This document shows, one piece after another, positions 56,067-64,000 of a stretch of 64,000 nucleotides of DNA. The DNA is from Chrysomallon squamiferum. Its lineage: Eukaryota > Animalia > Mollusca. Below the pieces are notes generated by a model, which saw only the letters and a program-made list of their open reading frames with translations, searched no databases and was not told the DNA's origin. The stretch is from positions 28,215,299 to 28,279,298 of the forward strand of contig CM022677.1 in NCBI GenBank assembly GCA_012295275.1. Direction: 5' to 3'. A program made the translations under genes and the position numbers. Each line of letters begins with the position of its first letter. Position 1 is the stretch's first letter.

Positions 56067-56601
56067 TTGTTCTAATGATCCTAATTTCTAAATTTTTTAA
56101 TAGTTTTGTTTTGGTCATGTTAATGACATACAGAACAAGAAGTAAAAAAATTGACAGATAAATAACTTTAGCCTTTGTTCTATGACAATAATTTAATATT
56201 TTATATTCTGTTACATATTAGTGTGACATAAATCTAGATATTATAAAGTTATGTTGATTTATTATAATCTGATGAATACTCAAATGGCAGTAATTATTCT
56301 CTTTATAGCTATTTTTGTTCTACATACATACATCTTGGATATTTATATCTCGTTTTAAGCCCAGGAAATGATGCAGTCTTTACAAACGTAATTCACAGTC
56401 ACTAAAGTCTCTCTTTAACTGAAATATCCCCAAAAATATAATAAAAAAGTGATAATAATAAATAATAAAAAAATAAATAAAATAAAGGAAAAATATTTTT
56501 TACAGTCGAACAGAAATAATGGCGCAAACTTGAAATTCACTGATGTGAAGAAATCAGAATGTATTGGTAGTAAAAATATGTAATAATTATTAAATAACCA
56601 T

Positions 56602-57306
56602 AAGGTTAGGATTTAGCATTCAAGGACTAGGGTTAGGTTTAACGTTTGTGGTAGGGTTTAGGTTTGAGTTGGGTTAGGGTTAGGGTTAGATTTAACATTT
56701 ATGTTAGGGTTTAGATTTGGGTTGGGTTAGGATTTAGGGTTTAGTGTTAGGATTAGGGTTAGATTTAACATTTGTGTTAGGCTTTAGATTTCGGTTAGGT
56801 TAGGGATAGGGTTTAGTGTTAGGGTTTATGGTGAGGGTCAAGATTGGGTTAGGGTTGGGATCAGGGTCAGGGTTAGGTTTAGGGTTGTCGGTTAGGGTTA
56901 AGGGTTAGGGCTACAGGGTTAGGGTTTGGGTTAGGGTTACGGTCAGGGTCAGGGTCAGGGGTTAGGGTTAGGGTTAGATAGGGTTAGGGTTAATCAGGGT
57001 TAGTCAGGGTTAGGGTTAGGGTTAGTTCAGGGTTAGGGTTAGGATTAGGGTTTAGGGTCAGGGTTAGGGTTTAGGGTCAGGGTTAGGGTTAGTCAGGGTT
57101 AGGATTTAGTGTTAGGGTTTAGGGTTAGGTTTGGGTTGGGTTAGGGTTAGGATTAGGGTTTAGGGTTAGGGTCAGGGTTAGGGTTAGGGTTCTCTGTAGT
57201 GATCCTGGCGGTTAAGGGTTAGGGTTAGGGTTAGGGTTACGGGTTAGGGTTAGGGTTAGGGTTAGGTTAGGGTTCTGGGCTTAGGGTTAGGGTTAGGATT
57301 CTGGGC

Positions 57307-57338
<32 letters not shown>

Positions 57339-57472
57339 CAGGGGTTATGGTTAGGGTCAAGGGTTAGGGTTAAGGGTTAGGGTTAGGATTAGGGTTAGAG
57401 GGTTAGGGTTAGGGTTAGGGTTAGGGTTAGGGCTGGGTTAGGGTTAGGGTTAGGTTTTAGGGTTAGTCAGGG

Positions 57473-57513
<41 letters not shown>

Positions 57514-57673
57514 GGTTAGGGTCAGGGTCAGGGTTTAGGGTTAGGGTCAGGGTTTGGGTTTAGGGTTAGGGTTAGGGTCAGGGTCATGGTCAGGTTTAGG
57601 GTTTGGGTTTATGGTTATGGTTAGTGTTAAGGTTAGGGTTTAGGTTTAGGGTCAGGGTCAGGGTCAGGGTCAG

Positions 57674-57708
<35 letters not shown>
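56602..57708 (+). repeat. Internal (interstitial) telomeric repeat tract, TTAGGG with TCAGGG/TTTAGGG variants
   Basis: About 1.1 kb; G-rich strand on +, the same polarity as the terminal array; most degenerate at its left end. Confidence 0.93.
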
Positions 57709-57709
<1 letters not shown>

Positions 57710-57771
57710 CATCTTCTTTCTTCTCCACCACAACGATGACATAGTGCTACATTTTCTACACATCTACATTA

Positions 57772-58207
57772 CAGGGGCGCACAAACTTTCTGATCTTATA
57801 GACCACAGCGCTTTAACTTCACTGACACTAGGGCCGCAGACATTTCGTTGTGATTACGTAAACTCTGAAAACGTACCATGTATGATTTTGTATAATTTTC
57901 TAACAGTGAACCTCTGTGACTGAAAATGCTGCATGTAAATAATGGGTGCGTTTACATGTTTCCAGACAAACTGACTTCATTCCTGTTGATTCCCATTAAA
58001 GTCAAAAATAAAACCGTTATTAATATTATTTATTACTTTTGTTAAATAACAACTTCAAAGCTGTCAGATCTGAAAATGAATACTGGACGACATTTTGTGT
58101 ACGGCATCTTACAGTGATAGGAAGTTGATGTTGTACGAGTGTTTATACTGAGACGTTAAATGTGATGAGGTGACATCGTTTCCACGGCCGCAGGTTGCGC
58201 ACCCCTG
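57772..58207. mobile_element. hAT-like non-autonomous DNA transposon (MITE), ~436 bp
   Basis: Imperfect TIRs CAGGGGCGCACAAACT ... AGGTTGCGCACCCCTG with subterminal GGCCGCA motifs, typical of hAT/Charlie ends; no clear 8-bp TSD. Confidence 0.55.
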
Positions 58208-58578
58208 ATTTACAAGGACATTTCTTCGTAAAACTGAAACTGTCTTCGTCTCGTCTCTGATCACGTTGTAAAAATCTTTAGCCAACATCTTAAGGGTACT
58301 TGAGAAATTGAAATGAACAAGTAAAATCACAGTAAAAACAAGTGGAATACAGATAAACTACCAAATCGTATACCTATTCAGAAATGAAGTTTGCCATATG
58401 TGATGTTCTTATATATTTATCACGCATTAGGTCGAATCTGTTTTATTACTGTACATGCCTGCTATAGTTTCCTGTAAGTTGAAGATCACGCGCCAAATTA
58501 GCACCCGTTATTCTCTAAATGTTGACCAATTCGGTTTACTTTTGCTGGGCTTAATTCATTATGTTTTAAAACAATCTT

Positions 58579-58645
<67 letters not shown>

Positions 58646-58921
58646 ACACGAAAGCTAGCTCATAGGTACTGAGTCATACGAATGGATATCAGTTTGTTAC
58701 ACTCTTCTGAAATAACAAATTTGTTCAGTTTAAACATTGATTCAAACTTTCTTAAACATATAAATACGCTCAAACACACACACATCTAAATGTCTTTCAT
58801 AAACACAGACACACATATGCATACACAAACGCACACCCACACACATACACACATGTATCAATATATGTCTACCTATCTGTCTCTGTATCTTTGTATGTAT
58901 GTTTGTATGTGTGTGTATGTG

Positions 58922-58954
<33 letters not shown>

Positions 58955-59292
58955 ATATACAGAAAGAGAGAAAAGATACATCTAACACACACGTCTAATC
59001 ACACATAACTCTTTCTTAAGCCTTCATACACACGTAGTACATACACACATACATACAAACATACACACAAGTAAGTTGATAAACTTTTAGTTGTCAGTGT
59101 TTCTAGTACTAGCAGATTAACTATCAGTTCTTACATAAAAAGATTGAGAAGAAGATATAACACGTTTGTTTAAAATTACAGTCAGATTTATTTACTAATC
59201 TACAATGTCACATACAAGTTTGTTAACCTTAAGATCATAATGTAATGATTTTTCTATAACACTGAAATTTATTTTTATTATTATTACTATTA

Positions 59293-59365
<73 letters not shown>

Positions 59366-59579
59366 GTTGCTGTTCTTTTTATTAAAATGAATTTACTTTT
59401 AATCTGCTTTACAGAAATATAACGCAGTGACTGAGGATAATATGTAAGTAAACCTATCATATTTGCTAATATATTATCAGATTTAAATTTAAATCACCTT
59501 CTTCGACAAGCGTGTTTTTTACAGAAACGCGTCTGATGAAGAAATAAATTGTAAGAAGAGGAAAGGCGCACGCATTTGC

Positions 59580-61260
59580 TTTTGTCACTATGTACTTGTG
59601 TGTGTACTTGTGTGTGTCACTGTGTACTTGTGTGTGTCACTGTGTACTTGTGTGTGTTGCTGTGTACTTGTGTGTGTTGCTGTGTACTTGTGTGTGTCAC
59701 TATGTACTTGTGTGTGTCACTGTGTACTTGTGTGTGTCACTGTGTACTAGTGTGTGTCACTGTGTACTAGTGTGTGTCACTGTGTACTAGTGTGTGTTGT
59801 GTACTAGTGTGTGTTGCTGTGTACTAGTGTGTGTCACTGTATACTTGTGTGTGTTGCTGTGTACTTGTGTGTGTCACTGTGTACTAGTGTGTGTTGTTGT
59901 GTACTAGTGTGTGTTGCTGTGTACCAGTGTGTGTCACTGTGTACTTGTGTGTGTTGCTGTGTACTAGTGTATGTCACTGTGTACTAGTGTGTGTTGATGT
60001 GTACTTGTGTGTGTTGTTGTGTACTAGTGTGTGTCACTGTGTACTAGTGTGTGTCACTGTGTACTTGTGTGTGTTGTGTACTAGTGTGTCACTGTGTACT
60101 TGTGTGTGTTGTTGTGTACTAGTGTGTGTTGCTGTGTACTAGTGTGTGTTGCTGTGTACTAGTGTGTGTCACTGTGTACTTGTGTGTGTTGCTGTGTACT
60201 TGTGTGTGTTGCTGTGTACTAGTGTGTCACTGTACTAGTGTGTGTCACTGTGTACTTGTGTGTGTTGCTGTGTACTTGTGTGTGTTGCTGTGTACTAGTG
60301 TGTCACTGTACTAGTGTGTGTCACTGTGTACTTGTGTGTGTTGTTGTGTACTAGTGTGTGTTGCTGTGTACTAGTGTGTGTCACTGTGTACTTGTGTGTG
60401 TTGCTGTGTACTTGTGTGTGTGTTGTGTACTAGTGTGTCACTGTACTAGTGTGTGTCACTCTGTACTTGTGTTTGTTGTGTACTAGTGTGTGTTGCTGTG
60501 TACTAGTGTGTGTCACTGTGTACTTGTGTGTGTTGCTGTGTACTTGTGTGTGTTTCTGTGTACTAGTGTGTGTCACTGTGTACTTGTGTGTGTCGCTGTG
60601 TACTAGTGTGTGTCACTGTGTACTAGTGTGTGTCACTGTGTACTTGTGTGTGTTTCTGTGTACTATTGTGTCACTGTACTAGTGTGTGTCACTGTACTTG
60701 TGTGTGTTGTTGTGTTATAGTGTGTGTTGCTGTGTACTAGTGTGTGTCACTGTGTACTTGTGTGTGTTGCTGTGTACTTGTGTGTGTGTTGTGTACTAGT
60801 GTGTCACTGTACTAGTGTGTGTCACTCTGTACTTGTGTTTGTTGTTGTGTACTAGTGTGTGTCACTGTGTACTTGTGTGTGTTGCTGTGTACTTGTGTGT
60901 TTCTGTGTACTAGTGTGTGTCACTCTGTACTTGTGTTTGTTGTGTACTAGTGTGCTGTGTACTTGTGTTTGTTGTGTACTAGTGTGTGTTGCTGTGTACT
61001 TGTGTGTGTTGCTGTGTACTAGTGTGTGTCACTGTGTACTTGTGTGTGTTGCTGTGTACTTGTGTGCGTCACTCAGTACTAGTGTGTGTCACTGTGTACT
61101 TGTGTGTGTCACTGTGTAGTAGTGTGTGTTGCTGTGTACTTGTGTGTGTCACTGTGTACTTGTGTGTGTCACTGTGTAGTAGTGTGTGTTGCTGTGTAAT
61201 TGTGTGTGTCACTGTGTACTAGTGTTTGTCACTGTGTACTTGTGTGTGTTGCTGTGTGTC
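59580..61260. repeat. 20-bp subtelomeric minisatellite
   Basis: TGTGTGTCACTGTGTACTAG / TGTGTGTTGCTGTGTACTTG variants, about 80 copies. Confidence 0.95.
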
Positions 61261-61460
61261 TTTGTATGTATCAGTTTGTGTTTGTGTGTAGGTGGTTTTT
61301 TTTTGTGTGTGTGTCATTGTATGCGAGCATGTTACTGTTAAAACAAAACAAACTCGTTGCCATCTCTTAGTTTTCACTATAATTTGATGATTCTAAGAAT
61401 TGAGTAAGAGAAATATTTTGTTTATCAACAAAGGTAAATAAATAAAAACTTGTTTTTCAG

Positions 61461-63203
61461 AAACTGCTCAGTACACAAGAAGAGGTAATTCTGTGAGCTC
61501 ACCACAGGAGAGAAACGTCATCAAAGAATCTGTACTAGCCTGGCAGGAACAGAAGCATCTGCAGAGGTTGTCGTTGTTCTTACAGTAACAGCAGTAGTAG
61601 TAGTAAACTCATTGTTGTAGTAGTGTGGTTATTATAGCATTAGTACTTAATAATAATCATTCTTGTTTGTAGTAAAAGGTGATATTTTAGCCAGCGATGC
61701 TTTGTGTTCATAATGTATCTTGTGTGACTCAGTCAGAAAAATACTTGCTTGAGTCATAGTACTAGTTGTAGTACTAGTAGTATAGGTACTAATAGTAGAT
61801 TTAGTGTTGCAATAATAGTAGTTTGAGTATATAACAGTTAAATGAGAAATTACTATGATAAAAGTAAAATGAAAAGTAGGTGTAGAAACAGGAACAGTAG
61901 TGGTTGTAGTAGTAGTAGTAGTTGTTGTTTTTGTTGTAGTAGTTATAACAATAATAGTATTAAAATATATTTGTTAGGTGAGTAGGGGGAGAAGAAAGAA
62001 AAATGATTAATACTTTATTTACTATTTTATTTACTATTTTATTCATTTGTTTTAGTTAATATTTTATTCAATATTTTATTTGTTTGTTTGTTTAGTTAAT
62101 AGTTTATTCAGTATTTTATATGTTTGTTTATTTACTTAATATTTTATTCAGTATTTTATTTGTTTATTTATTTACACAGACGAGACGGTGCTCTCACCAG
62201 TCAGATTCAGACCAGTGTGTTCTTCACTCTTGTCCAACATCAGATTCGACTCAGTCTTGTGTCAAAGTGTCACCAGTGAGCAGCTCAGTTTTGTTTACCT
62301 GGACATGCAACACACACTGCAGCCGACCACGTCCAACTACAACAACTCTGACAGCACGAAGTTGTAGAGTGTTACTACACCAAGTGACCAATCTCAACAG
62401 TCAAATGTGAGCAGTCAGGAGAAAAACTTGAAGCTTTAATACTAAAACCAGCCAAAGAAAAAGACTTAATCATTCAAAAGCACAGGAAAGAGACAAAACT
62501 CCAAGAAACAGGACAACATCTCCAACAATGTCTAGGAAATTTCCTCATATATCACATGTCACAGCTGATGGATTTCCAAGCAAAGGGGACATAACTGTGG
62601 AAGCCACTGCCTCTCTGGACCCCAACACCACACAGAGTTGTCTGTTAGATGAACCAGTAAGTGTCAGTCCATTGTCTGACACTCGGCTAACACCACGGAT
62701 AACTGAAAATAACGTAGGTGAAGGTCAATGTCAGATGGCAAACAGAGGCTATGAAGTGTTTTACATTAACCCGGATGTTTGTGTTGAAGTTTCCTTACCC
62801 TCTGTTCCTGTTGCAGAAGACAGCGATGTTGATGGTTCTGTGATGGTTTACATGGACAGAAACAACATGTAAACGGCAGAGTGCTGTTGAAGTCTGTGTT
62901 CTTGTGAAAATAAGCTGATGTTTGTTTAAACACTTCATTTGTTATGCCAAATGAAAGCACTTGGCAGATGACTGAGAGGACAGTGCATGACGGTGGCAAA
63001 CACAACAGACAGGAAGTTGAAGAGCAGGTGACGTCTGAAACTGAAGCTGGACAAGAAGAGAAAGGAAACAGAGAGAAGAAAACAGCAGAACAAGATGAGA
63101 CACAAACTTGGGAAGGCAGTGTTCATGAGAGTGATGTCTCGCCACACTGACGATACGAAGGACTGAGCTAGTCCTTTACCTGACTCACACAGCAGAGTGG
63201 GAC
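61461..63203 (+). pseudogene. Coding-like exons of an unidentified gene, disrupted and ending at the telomere
   Basis: Good acceptors ending at 61460 and 62179, then ~1 kb of balanced-composition, non-repetitive sequence. It reads as Ser/Thr/acidic protein (ORFs 62528-62872, 62944-63150) but has stops and frame changes. Candidate microexons at 59415-59443 and 59525-59550. Could instead be base errors or UTR. Confidence 0.4.
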
Positions 63204-64000
63204 AGGGTTAGGGTTAGGGTTAGGGTTAGGGTTAGGGTTAGGGTTAGGGTTAGGGTTGGGGTTAGGGGTTAGGGTTAGGGTTAGGGTTAGGGTTAGGGTT
63301 AGGGGTTAGGGGTTAGGGGTTAGGGGTTTAGGGGTTAGGGGTTAGGTTAGGGTTAGGGTTAGGGTTAGGGGTTAGGGGTTAGGGGTTAGGTTAGGTTAGG
63401 GGTTAAGGGGTTAGGGGTTAGGGTTAGGGGTTAGGTTAGGGTTAGGGGTTAGGGTTAGGGTTAGGGTTAGGGGTTAGGGGTTAGGTTAGGGGAAGAAGGG
63501 GTTAGGTTAGGGGTTAGGGTTAGGGTTAGGGTTAGGTTAGGGGTTAGGGTTAGGGGTTAGGGGTTGGGGTTAGGTTAGGTTAGGGGTTAGGGGTTAGGGT
63601 TAGGGTTAGGGTTTAGGTTAGGGTTAGGGTTAGGTTAGGTTAGGTTAGGGTTAGGGGTTAGGGTTAGGTTAGGGGTTAGGGGTTAGGGTTAGGGTTAGGT
63701 TAGGTTAGGGGGTTAGGGTTAGGTTAGGTTAAGGTTTAGGTTAGGTTAGGGGTTAGGTTAGGGGTTAGGTTTAGGTTTAGGGTTTAGGGTTAGGTTAGGG
63801 GTTAGGGGTTAGGGTTAGGGGTTAGGGGTTAGGTTAGGTAGGGTTAGGGGTTAGGTTAGGGGTTAGGTTAGGTTAGGTTAGGGTTTAGGTTTAGGGTTTA
63901 GGGTTAGGTTAGGGGTTAGGGGTTAGGGTTAGGTTAGGTTAGGTTAGGTTAGGGGTTTAGGTTAGAAGGGTTAGGTTAGGGGTTAGGTTAGGTTAGGTTA
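63204..64000 (+). repeat. Terminal telomere (TTAGGG)n
   Basis: Abrupt start of perfect TTAGGG repeats; the array continues to the window end with increasing TTAGG/TTAGGGG variants distally. Confidence 0.95.

Noticed and set aside
63500-64000. TTAGG pentamers suggesting a mixed arthropod/vertebrate-type telomere
   Set aside because: They co-occur with TTAGGGG and increase toward the contig end, as expected from G-homopolymer errors in low-coverage consensus; the proximal repeats are perfect TTAGGG.

Overview
AT-rich animal genomic DNA with spliceosomal introns; a mollusc/lophotrochozoan origin is my inference from the LINE type and TTAGGG telomeres. The window runs into a chromosome end, with (TTAGGG)n from ~63204. 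Almost all long ORFs in the supplied track are artefacts of micro/minisatellites; the real genes have to be read exon by exon. Three + strand genes can be reconstructed. (1) The 3' part of a probably GPI-anchored protein with six-cysteine repeats (<1-10528). (2) A 29-exon, ~1176-aa secreted protein: signal peptide, two Ig-like domains, then 12 tandem six-cysteine domains (C-x7-C-x14..26-C-x8-C-x5-C-x17..21-C), each encoded by a fixed two-exon module (12472-46273). (3) A 4-exon riboflavin kinase (48708-52316). Most long introns carry their own minisatellite. At least seven arrays are built from the neighbouring splice site plus exon edge; the largest is a 5.6-kb array of about 90 copies of one 3' splice site. 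Also present: a collapsed RT/RNase H LINE remnant, a tRNA-derived SINE, a hAT-like MITE, a 1.1-kb internal telomeric tract, and a broken coding-like exon cut directly by the terminal telomere.
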